From Prevotella sp. (GTDB lineage: Bacteria; Bacteroidota; Bacteroidia; Bacteroidales; Bacteroidaceae): a DNA stretch of 64,000 nucleotides. The notes beneath the pieces are model-generated. The model ran no database searches and was not told the DNA's origin. It saw only the letters and a program-made list of their open reading frames with translations. Shown in pieces: positions 49,671 to 59,606 of the stretch. Location: contig DMYZ01000231.1 in assembly GCA_003483565.1 (NCBI GenBank), positions 8,051 to 72,050 of the forward strand, read 5' to 3'. Numbering within the stretch: position 1 is the stretch's first letter; every line of letters starts with the position of its first letter. The translations under genes were made by a program, and so were the position numbers.

Positions 49671-51188
49671 TTATCCTCTGGATGTTCTGAATCCCTCTAT
49701 ATTTTTATATTTACGTTTCATCAAACGTTGGTAAATGTTCTTTAGCCAAATATTATGTGTGGCAATACCGGCAAGACCTATAGCAGAAATAATCCAAAAA
49801 GCTGTTTCCTCATTGAAAATATGACTAAGTAGAATTATTATTGCAGGTGGAATGAGCATTGCTGCAAAATTGATGATAATTTGATAATAGTTCTTTTCAA
49901 TCCCATTGCTGCTGATGAGCTTTTCATTCAAAGGAATCGTATATTTATTGTACACAGCAGTCTGAAAAATAAGACAATATTGAAATCCCATCGTAAAGAT
50001 CATACAACTGAGTACCATTCCAAAAGGCCATTGTCCTTTAATTACGGGCAAAAGCATAAGGAGGAATGGGAAAAAAAGCAGGATGGAGTAGAAATAGTAT
50101 TTTGCTTTAAGCAAGGTAAGTATGCTTTCTTTCCTGACCATGAGAATATCAATATAGTTGCCTTCATAACACATCAGCCTGCTTAGAATCATGCAGCCAA
50201 TGATAACGAAAGAATAAATACACCAGAACACACGTGAGTAGCTGTTGGCATAAATATTCGTGAAAGAGCACAAGATACAGAACAGAAGAACAACAACCAT
50301 TCCTGAAAGGAAGAGCTTACGGATATTCTTGTTTCTTCGGATGCTGATATATTCCAGACGAAGGAAGAGATTGAGCAGTCCTTTGCTGGTCCCCAATTTA
50401 TTGCTTTTACTTTGATAGGTAGATTTTTTCTGTGATGAACTTTTGCAGATTTCATCCATGACACTTTTTAATTGTAACTTACGGTCTATTTGAATAGAGA
50501 GGGCAAGGACAAACAATACTATTATCCATGACAATACATTACCATGGATCAGAGTTTCACCTAAATAGCCATAGAAAGTCTTAAACTGGTCGAAATCAAA
50601 ATGTCCTTTGAGACAGAATGGCAGGAATAACAATGCAAAGAATACAGCTGGTAGTATCCATGCCAGCATATTTTTATTTATCAATGTCCTGCAGATAAGG
50701 TAAAGTTGGCTGCTGAACAGAATAAGAACCCAATAAAAGAAGATGACGGCAACAGCTTCCAGGAAGTACAGACGTGCAATCATCGTGATAAATGTATATG
50801 GAACAATTAAAATGAGCCAGATGAGGTTACTCCAGTTTATAAGGCTTCTAGCAACAAAAGTGTCTATGCACAACTGCTTCTGGATAGGCATCAGCAGATA
50901 TGGCTTTACTAATTGTGATGGCGTCTGCTGGGCTACAAAGCGTACGAAAAAGTCACAGGCAAGAATAAATGGAAATATGCCGACAATAAAACTTGCTGAT
51001 TGATCAATATGATGGCTGTCAACAGATAAGGCTAAAAGGATGGAAATCATGAGCAAATAAAGAATTATAAATGCTACTGATATGCCAAGTATAATTCTTG
51101 CAGATTTATTACGACCGTGCATCATACTTCTTTTTTCAGCTAATGCACGATGATGTGTCAGTTCTTTGAATAGGGCTATCTTGCTCAT
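49671..51188 (-). CDS. polytopic membrane protein (DUF5687-like, putative ABC permease)
   Basis: About 12 hydrophobic segments in two halves; DFFVRF..QQTP...KPYLLMPI and LRLEY..IRRNK motifs. Confidence 0.72.
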   Translation of the reverse strand: MSKIALFKELTHHRALAEKRSMMHGRNKSARIILGISVAFIILYLLMISILLALSVDSHHIDQSASFIVGIFPFILACDFFVRFVAQQTPSQLVKPYLLMPIQKQLCIDTFVARSLINWSNLIWLILIVPYTFITMIARLYFLEAVAVIFFYWVLILFSSQLYLICRTLINKNMLAWILPAVFFALLFLPFCLKGHFDFDQFKTFYGYLGETLIHGNVLSWIIVLFVLALSIQIDRKLQLKSVMDEICKSSSQKKSTYQSKSNKLGTSKGLLNLFLRLEYISIRRNKNIRKLFLSGMVVVLLFCILCSFTNIYANSYSRVFWCIYSFVIIGCMILSRLMCYEGNYIDILMVRKESILTLLKAKYYFYSILLFFPFLLMLLPVIKGQWPFGMVLSCMIFTMGFQYCLIFQTAVYNKYTIPLNEKLISSNGIEKNYYQIIINFAAMLIPPAIIILLSHIFNEETAFWIISAIGLAGIATHNIWLKNIYQRLMKRKYKNIEGFRTSRG

Positions 51189-51198
51189 GAATTTTCTA

Positions 51199-51807
51199 TT
51201 ATCTTAAATCAATGATTTCGGCCGAGGGATATTCTTTGCTATTGAAAGTAAAGATGCTGTTTGGCTGGTTTTTAGCATGAAAATTGCGGATGCTGATCGT
51301 ACTCCACGTCTGTCCCTGCCGCATCTTGACAAGGCTTGGTATGTAATTGTTTTTGTTTACAGTGATATACATCTCGTTGATCGTACGTTTCTGCTTTCCG
51401 CCACTGAGATGGACTATATAGTTAGCACCTTTGGAAGTGATTCCCAGACTGTATCCTGTCTTCCAGATATTGATGAAAGAGTAAGGATTCATAGACATGC
51501 GCTGGGCTTGGGTAGGGGTGCTTACGTTAACTTCGTTGGTTGATTTAAGGTAGCTCCATTGCGTCTTCCCATTATACCATACGAGAGCCTTGTCTGTACG
51601 GGCATTAAATTTTGTCCCCTTAATGGCAAGAGTACCTGATGTAGAACCGTATTTTGATGAGGATATCGTGAAGTTGGCACTGACTCCACCTGTCCTGCCG
51701 ATAACTTGACCGGTTTTTTCCAATACTTTTTTTGCTAGAGCTGGATTCTGTGCATGCCCACTTAGAGAAAGAAGCATGGGAAACAGTAAAACAAGTAATT
51801 TCTTCAT
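51199..51807 (-). CDS. LolA-like outer-membrane lipoprotein carrier
   Basis: Signal peptide; WYNGKTQWSY...NEVNV; C-terminal IIDLR; downstream of ftsK. Confidence 0.85.
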   Translation of the reverse strand: MKKLLVLLFPMLLSLSGHAQNPALAKKVLEKTGQVIGRTGGVSANFTISSSKYGSTSGTLAIKGTKFNARTDKALVWYNGKTQWSYLKSTNEVNVSTPTQAQRMSMNPYSFINIWKTGYSLGITSKGANYIVHLSGGKQKRTINEMYITVNKNNYIPSLVKMRQGQTWSTISIRNFHAKNQPNSIFTFNSKEYPSAEIIDLR

Positions 51808-51843
51808 AATTTTATAACTTTTAATCTAATCTTGTCCATGACG

Positions 51844-54426
51844 TTATTTTTTCATAGAGGCTATGATCTGACTGAGCTGATTCTCGTCAGCAATCAGTAC
51901 ATCACGTGGTTTGGAACCCTGAGCCGGACCGACAATACCAGCTGCTTCCATTTGATCCATCAACCGACCGGCACGATTGTAGCCTATACTGAAACGGCGC
52001 TGGATCATGCTGGTAGACCCCTGCTGACTGAGTATGATAGCGTGGGCCGCTTCTTCAAAGTATGGATCCACATTACGGGAATCAATTTGCCCCCCATTTA
52101 CAACACAACTATCATTGGTATCTGGTTCGGGAAGAATCAGTGGCTCTACAGGACCAGGCTGGTTTGCAATATATTTATTGATGCCTTCCACTTCAGGAGT
52201 ATCTACGAAGGCACATTGCACACGGACCGGTTCATTGCCGTTGACATATAGCATATCACCACGGCCGATCAACTGTTGTGCTCCGCCACGGTCGAGAATG
52301 ATCTTACTGTCGATAGCTGCACTTACTTTAAAGGCGATACGTCCAGGGAAGTTTGCTTTGATATTTCCTGTGATGATGCTGGTAGTCGGGCGCTGAGTAG
52401 CTATAACCATATGGATGCCTACTGCACGGGCCAGTTGGGCTATACGTGCAATAGGAAGCTCTATTTCTTTGCCTGCCGTCATGATAAGATCACCAAACTC
52501 GTCTATAATTACTACGATATATGGCATGAATTCGTGTCCCATCGTAGGGTTCAAACGATGGTTGACATATTTGTTATTGTATTCCCTTATATTCCTTGCA
52601 CCAGCTATCTTAAGCAGGTCATAACGGTGATCCATCAGTTTACAAAGACTGTTAAGGGTATGGACCACTTTTGTGACATCTGTAATGATTGGCTCGTCAT
52701 CCTCATCAACAACAGCCATGAAATGTTTAGCTATAGGAGTATAAATACTGAATTCAACTTTCTTGGGGTCAATAAGTACGAATTTTAATTCATTTGGATG
52801 TTTTTTATAGAGTAGTGAGGTGATGATAGCGTTCAAGCCCACGGACTTACCCTGTCCTGTAGCACCAGCCACAAGCAGGTGCGGAATTTTTGCAAGGTCA
52901 ACCATAAAAACCTCGTTAGTGATCGTTTTACCAAGAGCAATAGGAAGTTCCATCTTTGTTTCTTGGAATTTTTTTGAATTCAAAATACTCTCCATGCTAA
53001 CAATATTCTGTTTCGCATTTGGAACTTCAATGCCAATAGTGCCTTTTCCGGGTATTGGAGCTATAATACGTATGCCTAGAGCTGCTAGACTTAAGGCTAT
53101 ATCATCTTCCAGATTTTTGATTTTGGAAATACGTACTCCTTCGGCTGGTTGTATTTCATATAAGGTAATGGTTGGGCCTACTGTCGCACGGATAGTCTTG
53201 ATTTGTACACCGAAATTATCAAGCACTTCAATAATTCGGTTTTTATTGTCAATCTGCTCCTGTTCATCTATATATGGTTTTCCATCGTTATCGTATGTTT
53301 TCAGAAGGTCAAGAGTCGGAAACTTATAGCGAGTGAAAGGCTCTCTTGGATTGATCGGCGAATTCAGGTCTGTATCGTCATTAACGGTATTACGGGTCGC
53401 CTTTTCTCCTTCAGAAGCGATACTTATCTCCATTCCGTTTTTGGCAATTTCTGCTGCGGCCTTAGCCTCCTCGATAACCTGATAGGCATGTTGCTTTCGT
53501 TTTTCATCAACGAAAGAAGGAGCTGGGATGTCTGCAGTATTGTGAGGTTGAGAAGATTCCTGATGATCATTCGATTCTTCATCGCGGGGTGAAAGATCAA
53601 TAACCTGTGAAGGAACAGGATCAGTAAAAACTGCTGGTTTTGTCTTTGTTTTTTCTTCTTCCTCCGGCTTACTTTCAATGTCAGCAGAAGAATCTCCTTC
53701 TTTATTGGTTTGAATATCTTTGTTGGCAGTGTTGCCATTGCCATGATTATTTGTAATAGTAAATTTTACTTTATTAGTGATGTATCCTACAGGATTGAGC
53801 ATCTTCCGGATAACTGTAATTGTTTCAGAAGTAAGATAGGTGAGGAAGCCAACGGCTGTAAGGAATAGTATAGCTGTAAGGCCCGGTGGTCCGACAATAT
53901 TCTCTAGCTTTTGTACGCAATAGAGACCATGATCTCCTCCTGCATTATAAATATTATCTCCCATGATAGGAGTAATGATTTTGGCAAAAGTAATTGATGA
54001 CCATATCATGACGAGCATAGTACATAAAAACCATTTCCAAAGATTAATTTTATAAACCTTCATGAGTTGCAAAGCAACGGAAAACATGAAAAAAGGTATC
54101 AAAAATGAAGGGAGTCCGAAATTTAGGGTAATAAGAATATAAGATATAATGGCACCCAGGCTGCCGCAGTAATTGGAAAATTCCTGATGAGAGTTCGTCC
54201 ATTCACCAGGTCTCATATTTTCCAGAATGCTTTGATCCGCTTCACCTGTATATAGGTAACTGACCATAGCTATCATAAGATATACGGCTAAGGCAAAGAG
54301 TATTATCCCAAAAATGAAATCTGTTCTCTCACTATATTTGTTAGTAAAACCCACTGCCTCGTTAAAGCTTTTAGGTTTATGTTCTGTTTTTTTCTTCGTT
54401 TTTGTCATTTTTGTTTTCTTCATCAC
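51844..54426 (-). CDS. ftsK: DNA translocase FtsK
   Basis: N-terminal TMs; PHLLVAGATGQGKS, IIDEFGDL, ATQRP, GRGDML; gamma domain IGYNRAGRL. Confidence 0.96.
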   Translation of the reverse strand: MMKKTKMTKTKKKTEHKPKSFNEAVGFTNKYSERTDFIFGIILFALAVYLMIAMVSYLYTGEADQSILENMRPGEWTNSHQEFSNYCGSLGAIISYILITLNFGLPSFLIPFFMFSVALQLMKVYKINLWKWFLCTMLVMIWSSITFAKIITPIMGDNIYNAGGDHGLYCVQKLENIVGPPGLTAILFLTAVGFLTYLTSETITVIRKMLNPVGYITNKVKFTITNNHGNGNTANKDIQTNKEGDSSADIESKPEEEEKTKTKPAVFTDPVPSQVIDLSPRDEESNDHQESSQPHNTADIPAPSFVDEKRKQHAYQVIEEAKAAAEIAKNGMEISIASEGEKATRNTVNDDTDLNSPINPREPFTRYKFPTLDLLKTYDNDGKPYIDEQEQIDNKNRIIEVLDNFGVQIKTIRATVGPTITLYEIQPAEGVRISKIKNLEDDIALSLAALGIRIIAPIPGKGTIGIEVPNAKQNIVSMESILNSKKFQETKMELPIALGKTITNEVFMVDLAKIPHLLVAGATGQGKSVGLNAIITSLLYKKHPNELKFVLIDPKKVEFSIYTPIAKHFMAVVDEDDEPIITDVTKVVHTLNSLCKLMDHRYDLLKIAGARNIREYNNKYVNHRLNPTMGHEFMPYIVVIIDEFGDLIMTAGKEIELPIARIAQLARAVGIHMVIATQRPTTSIITGNIKANFPGRIAFKVSAAIDSKIILDRGGAQQLIGRGDMLYVNGNEPVRVQCAFVDTPEVEGINKYIANQPGPVEPLILPEPDTNDSCVVNGGQIDSRNVDPYFEEAAHAIILSQQGSTSMIQRRFSIGYNRAGRLMDQMEAAGIVGPAQGSKPRDVLIADENQLSQIIASMKK

Positions 54427-54543
54427 CTTCCGTTTTTTAAACTTCTTTGCGGAATTATTTTCTTGTAATGTTTTGCAAATTTATAGAAAATATAAGAAAA
54501 GAGAGCAAGATTTCCTCTTTTTTTGCTAATTTTGCAAACTGAA

Positions 54544-55293
54544 ATGAGAAAAAAAATATATAGTAAGTTTGACAAGCATGAAATAAATGCTCTTCCAAGA
54601 GTGCTTTTTGAAGGACGCATTATTACTATTCTGTCTCCAGGAGAGACGGAAAAAGCTGTCGATTACTTGCTTGATAGTGATATTTTAGGGTTCGATACCG
54701 AGACTAGACCTGTATTTCATAAAGGCAGAGCGCATAAGGTGTCTTTGCTTCAGGTAAGCAATCGTAATACTTGTTTTTTATTCCGCTTGAACCATACAGG
54801 TTTCACTCCTGCTATTAAAAGGCTTCTTGAAGATACAGCAGTTACTAAGATCGGCCTGTCCTGGCATGATGATTTGCTGGGACTTCACCGCTTGGGAGAA
54901 TTCACGCCTGGAAATTTTGTTGAATTGCAGACCTTGGCTCCTGAAGTAGGAATAGAAGATAAGAGCCTTCAAAAATTATATGCTAATCTTTTTCATCAAA
55001 AAATAAGCAAAGCTCAGCGTTTAACGAACTGGGAGTCTGATATACTTAAAGACAACCAGAAACTTTACGCTGCTACAGATGCCTGGACCTGCATACAAAT
55101 TTATGATGAGTTAAAAAGACTTCTCGAAACTCGTAATTTTGATTTAGTTGTAGTGCCGGATCCAGCGCCTGTGAAGAAAATTGTTGATGCCGCTTCTGAT
55201 GTTGATACGGCTGCAGCCAAAGTAGTTCGTAATGAAGATATTATAACGGAGTCTCGTACAAAAAATAAAAATAAGAAAAATGAGCAATTATAA
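54544..55293 (+). CDS. 3'-5' exonuclease (DEDDy, RNase D/WRN-like)
   Basis: GFDTE, HDD, YAATDA motifs; start at 54544 follows TAATTTTG (54527-54534). Confidence 0.9.
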   Translation: MRKKIYSKFDKHEINALPRVLFEGRIITILSPGETEKAVDYLLDSDILGFDTETRPVFHKGRAHKVSLLQVSNRNTCFLFRLNHTGFTPAIKRLLEDTAVTKIGLSWHDDLLGLHRLGEFTPGNFVELQTLAPEVGIEDKSLQKLYANLFHQKISKAQRLTNWESDILKDNQKLYAATDAWTCIQIYDELKRLLETRNFDLVVVPDPAPVKKIVDAASDVDTAAAKVVRNEDIITESRTKNKNKKNEQL

Positions 55294-56467
55294 AAGTATC
55301 TATTTAAAAAGAGGTAAGGACGATTCCTTAAAACGTTTTCACCCGTGGATATTCAGTGGTGCTATTCACCATATGGACGAGACGATTATAGAAGGTGATA
55401 CCGTAAGAGTTATTACTTCTGATGGGGATTTTATAGCTGTAGGACATTATCAGAAAGGTAGTATTGCTGTTCGTGTTCTCAGTTTTCAGGATATCGTGAT
55501 TGATTCTGCTTTTTGGGAAGAATATCTGAAATCAGCATTGAAGATGCGCATCGCTATTGGCTTGGCTGATAATCCTAACAATAATACTTATCGTTTAGTT
55601 CACGGAGAAGGTGACAACCTTCCTGGCTTGGTTATAGACTGTTATGGTAAGACTGCTGTAATGCAGGCTCATAGCGTAGGTATGCATGTGAACAGACATG
55701 ATGTATGTGATGCTTTGGTGAAAATTATGGATGGACGAATACAGAATGTATTTTATAAAAGCGAGACGACATTGCCTTTTAAAGCTAACGTGGAACAGGA
55801 AAATGGTTTTATTTATGGAGGAGATGCTGATAATGTAGCAATCGAAAATAATCTAAAGTTTCATATAGATTGGCTAAAAGGCCAAAAGACGGGTTTCTTT
55901 GTTGATCAAAGAGAAAACCGTTCTTTGCTTGAAAAATATTCAAAAAACAGAAGTGTGCTGAATATGTTCTGCTATACAGGAGGCTTTTCTGTTTATGCCA
56001 TGAGGGGAGGGGCTGAACTTGTACATAGTGTGGATAGCAGTGCTAAGGCAATAGAACTGACTAATGCTAATATAGAAATGAATTTCCCCGGTGATAACCG
56101 CCATCAAGCTTATTGTGAGGATGCTTTTAAATATATGGATGAACATGATGATAAATATGACTTGATAATCCTTGACCCTCCTGCATTTGCCAAGCATAGA
56201 AGTGCCCTGCATAATGCACTGAAGGGATATATCCGATTAAACTATAAAGGGTTGCAGCGCATTAAGCATGGCGGAATACTCTTTACTTTTAGTTGTAGTC
56301 AGGCTGTCAATAAAGATCAGTTCCGTGCAGCTGTTTTTACAGCTGCAGCTCAGGCCAAGCGCAGAGTTAGAATTTTACATCAATTGCATCAGCCTGCTGA
56401 CCATCCTATTAATATTTACCATCCTGAAGGTGAATATTTGAAGGGATTGGTTCTTTATGTGGAATAA
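55280..56467 (+). CDS. rlmI: RlmI-family 23S rRNA m5C methyltransferase
   Basis: PUA domain HPWIF; GQKTGFFVDQRENR, FCYTGGF, LDPPAF, FSCS, EYLK. Confidence 0.88.
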   Translation: MSNYKSIYLKRGKDDSLKRFHPWIFSGAIHHMDETIIEGDTVRVITSDGDFIAVGHYQKGSIAVRVLSFQDIVIDSAFWEEYLKSALKMRIAIGLADNPNNNTYRLVHGEGDNLPGLVIDCYGKTAVMQAHSVGMHVNRHDVCDALVKIMDGRIQNVFYKSETTLPFKANVEQENGFIYGGDADNVAIENNLKFHIDWLKGQKTGFFVDQRENRSLLEKYSKNRSVLNMFCYTGGFSVYAMRGGAELVHSVDSSAKAIELTNANIEMNFPGDNRHQAYCEDAFKYMDEHDDKYDLIILDPPAFAKHRSALHNALKGYIRLNYKGLQRIKHGGILFTFSCSQAVNKDQFRAAVFTAAAQAKRRVRILHQLHQPADHPINIYHPEGEYLKGLVLYVE

Positions 56468-56557
56468 ATGCGGAAGATGCAAATTATTGTTCAAACATTT
56501 GCTGTTTTAAGAAATTTGATGTATTTTTGCAACGACAAAATGAATTTTTGACAAGGT

Positions 56558-57358
56558 ATGAAAAAACTGATTTTTTTCTTCGTAATCCTATTTGCTTTGA
56601 TTCTGTCTATGGACAGTTGTTCTAGCAGTCAACAAGTAGCTTATTTCCAAAATATTGATTCCGTGAATCTGGCAGCATCTAAAATGCTTTATGATGCGAA
56701 AATTATGCCTAAGGACCAACTGACAATTACGGTCATTACGACCGATCCAGAGGCTGCGTCTCCATTTAATCTTTCTGTTTCGAATACTATTGGAACATCT
56801 GGACAGTTGAGTACAGGTGGTGGTTCTTTGCAAGGATATCTGGTAGATAATGATGGAAATATTAATTTCCCTATTGTTGGTAAATTGCATGTTGTAGGAT
56901 TGACGAAGACTCAGTGCGAGGATATGATCAAGACTAAAATAGCTCCTTACCTTGCCAAACAGGAAACGCCAATAGTGACAGTAAGAATGGCGAGTTATCG
57001 TGTTACAGTATTGGGCGAGGTGGCTCGGCCGGGGGTCGTTCCGGTAACAACTGAGAAGATGAGCATTATTGAAGCACTTGCTTCTGCCGGAGATCTTACT
57101 ATTTATGGTAAACGCAATAATGTTATGCTTATTCGGGAGGATGCTAGCGGTGAGAAGAGTGTTCATCGATTGAATTTGAATGATGCCAGATTGATTAATT
57201 CTCCTTATTATTATCTTCAGCAGAATGATATCATTTATGTTCAGCCTAATGCAGTTCAGGCAAGAAATTCTGCTATTGGCAGTTCAACGACAATTTGGTT
57301 CTCTGTGGTTAGTATCTTGACTTCATTGGCGGCATTAATTGTGAATATCGTAAGATGA
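56558..57358 (+). CDS. polysaccharide export lipoprotein (Wza/SLBB family)
   Basis: Lipobox; YLVDNDGNINFP, VTVLGEV..PG, AGDLTIYGKR, YYLQQNDIIYV; own promoter (56498-56529). Confidence 0.9.
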   Translation: MKKLIFFFVILFALILSMDSCSSSQQVAYFQNIDSVNLAASKMLYDAKIMPKDQLTITVITTDPEAASPFNLSVSNTIGTSGQLSTGGGSLQGYLVDNDGNINFPIVGKLHVVGLTKTQCEDMIKTKIAPYLAKQETPIVTVRMASYRVTVLGEVARPGVVPVTTEKMSIIEALASAGDLTIYGKRNNVMLIREDASGEKSVHRLNLNDARLINSPYYYLQQNDIIYVQPNAVQARNSAIGSSTTIWFSVVSILTSLAALIVNIVR

Positions 57359-57696
57359 TATTTTTAAGAAAAGATTTTATATAAATAAAATATGTACAGA
57401 GCTGTGGAATATTCTGTTAAACGGAAAAATCATCCAATTGGACTGCAAGGGCATCAATACCTTCAATGTTCAGGTGGATGCTCTGACAATATTATGGGCT
57501 TTGGCTCTGTGGGGGGAATATCCCCCTTCCTGGTATTTCTTAGTTATACAGTTGCTTACAATAAAATTATTGTTGATAAAACTGAAAATATGGCGAAGTC
57601 TGTTTCTCTTGAGTAACAGACTCCGTCTGTATATATACGGTACTGTAATAGTACAAAACTGAACAGAATTTATTTATTTGTTAAAAATACTAAAGA

Positions 57697-59583
57697 GTGG
57701 AACCATTACACGAAGACTGTGGCGTCGCATTGATACGATTGCTTAAACCCTTTGAGTATTACCAGCAGAAGTACGGAACCTGGAAATACGGTTTGAATAA
57801 ACTCTATCTTATGATGGAGAAACAACATAACCGTGGGCAGGAGGGTGCTGGTATGGCATGTGTTAAACTGGATTCAGCCCCCGGAAAAGAATACATGTTT
57901 CGCGAGAGAGCTATGGGAAGCAATGCTATTACTGAAATATTCAGTAATCTTAATGATGAGTACAAGGAGTTTGATCCAAGTATGCTCTCGGATGCTAATT
58001 ATGCAAAGGATAATCTCCCTTTTGCTGGAGAATTGTATATGGGGCATCTTCGTTATTCTACAACGGGTAAGCGCGGTATCCAGTACACACATCCTTTTTT
58101 AAGAAGAAATAACTGGCGTGCAAAAAACTTGTGCTTTTGTGGAAATTTCAATATGACAAATGTCGATGAAATCTTTAACCAGCTTACTAAACAAGGACAG
58201 TGCCCACGTATTTACAGTGATACTTATATACTGTTGGAATTAATGGGACATCGCCTTGACAGAGAAGTGGAACGCAACTTTATTGAGGCTAAGAATCTCG
58301 GTCTAGAGGATACATCTATTACAGAATATATTGAGAATCATGTGAAGATGAGCAATGTGCTCAAAACCTCGATGAAGGACTTTGATGGCGGATATGTTGT
58401 CAGCGGTCTTACAGGATCGGGTGAAATGTTTGCAATGAGGGATCCTTGGGGAATACGCCCTGCTTTCTATTATAAGAATGATGAGATCTTTGTTGTTGCC
58501 AGCGAACGTCCTGTACTCCAGACAACATTTGATTTAGAGTATGAAGATATTCAGGAATTAGAACCAGGTGAAGCCTTAATGGTGAATAAAAACGGTGATT
58601 TCTCTAAAGAACAAATTCTTGTTCCTGCAAAAAAAAGTGCCTGTTCTTTTGAACGTATTTATTTTAGCCGTGGTTCTGACCGTGATATTTATAAGGAACG
58701 TAAAAAGCTTGGAAAGCAACTTACTCAGCCTATCTTAAAAGCTGTAGACTATGATATAAACCATACTGTATTTTCCTATATTCCTAATACAGCTGAAGTA
58801 GCTTATTATGGTATGCTTGATGGTTTTAAGGAATATATGAATGAACAGAAAATTAAGAAGATAGAGAATCTTGACCATAGGCCTACTCATGAGGAACTGG
58901 AAAATATTCTTAGTAATTTTGTTCGTTCAGAGAAAGTGGCATGGAAAGATATAAAACTGCGCACTTTTATTTCTGAAAGTGATTCTCGAAATGATCTGGC
59001 CAGTCATGTTTATGATATCACTTATGGATGTATCAAACCTTATGTGGACAATCTGGTCGTAATAGATGACAGTATTGTCAGGGGCACAACCCTTAAGGAA
59101 AGTATTTTACGTATTCTAGATCGCTTGCATCCGAAAAAAATGGTTATGGTAAGTTCTGCTCCTCAGATACGCTATCCTGATTATTATGGCATAGATATGT
59201 CTCGTCTGGAAGAGTTCTGTGTGTTCCGTGCAGCTATCCAGTTGCTTAAGGACAGAGGTATGGAGCATGTGATAGAGGAGGTATATAAGCAAAGTCTTAG
59301 TGAACTTAAAAAATCCAAGACAGAAATGCAGAATGCCGTACGAGGTATTTATGAACCATTTACTGTAGATGAAATAAATGAGAAGATTGTTGAAATGCTT
59401 CGCCCGGAAGGAGTAAAGACTCCTATAGAGGTTATCTATCAGAGTCTGGAAGGTTTACGGTCTGCTATCCCGGAACATACCGGTGATTGGTATTTTACAG
59501 GTAAGTATCCGACTCCAGGAGGAACCAGCAGCTGTAATAAAGCTTTTATCAGCTATTTTGAGAAATTCTACAAAACAATTTAA
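57697..59583 (+). CDS. purF: amidophosphoribosyltransferase (long Bacteroidetes type)
   Basis: CG after a short propeptide, QHNRGQEGAG, GHLRYSTTG, CSFERIYF, VIDDSIVRGTT. Confidence 0.9.
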   Translation: MEPLHEDCGVALIRLLKPFEYYQQKYGTWKYGLNKLYLMMEKQHNRGQEGAGMACVKLDSAPGKEYMFRERAMGSNAITEIFSNLNDEYKEFDPSMLSDANYAKDNLPFAGELYMGHLRYSTTGKRGIQYTHPFLRRNNWRAKNLCFCGNFNMTNVDEIFNQLTKQGQCPRIYSDTYILLELMGHRLDREVERNFIEAKNLGLEDTSITEYIENHVKMSNVLKTSMKDFDGGYVVSGLTGSGEMFAMRDPWGIRPAFYYKNDEIFVVASERPVLQTTFDLEYEDIQELEPGEALMVNKNGDFSKEQILVPAKKSACSFERIYFSRGSDRDIYKERKKLGKQLTQPILKAVDYDINHTVFSYIPNTAEVAYYGMLDGFKEYMNEQKIKKIENLDHRPTHEELENILSNFVRSEKVAWKDIKLRTFISESDSRNDLASHVYDITYGCIKPYVDNLVVIDDSIVRGTTLKESILRILDRLHPKKMVMVSSAPQIRYPDYYGIDMSRLEEFCVFRAAIQLLKDRGMEHVIEEVYKQSLSELKKSKTEMQNAVRGIYEPFTVDEINEKIVEMLRPEGVKTPIEVIYQSLEGLRSAIPEHTGDWYFTGKYPTPGGTSSCNKAFISYFEKFYKTI

Positions 59584-59606
59584 GAAACACTGAATATTAA
59601 AGATAA

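Noticed and set aside
57392-57662. Two overlapping 74-aa ORFs upstream of purF
   Set aside because: No recognisable motifs and mutually overlapping frames; treated as non-coding
57697-57723. PurF lacking Cys at position 2 as a sign of inactivation
   Set aside because: A short propeptide ending E-D/E before the catalytic Cys is known for Bacillus-type PurF
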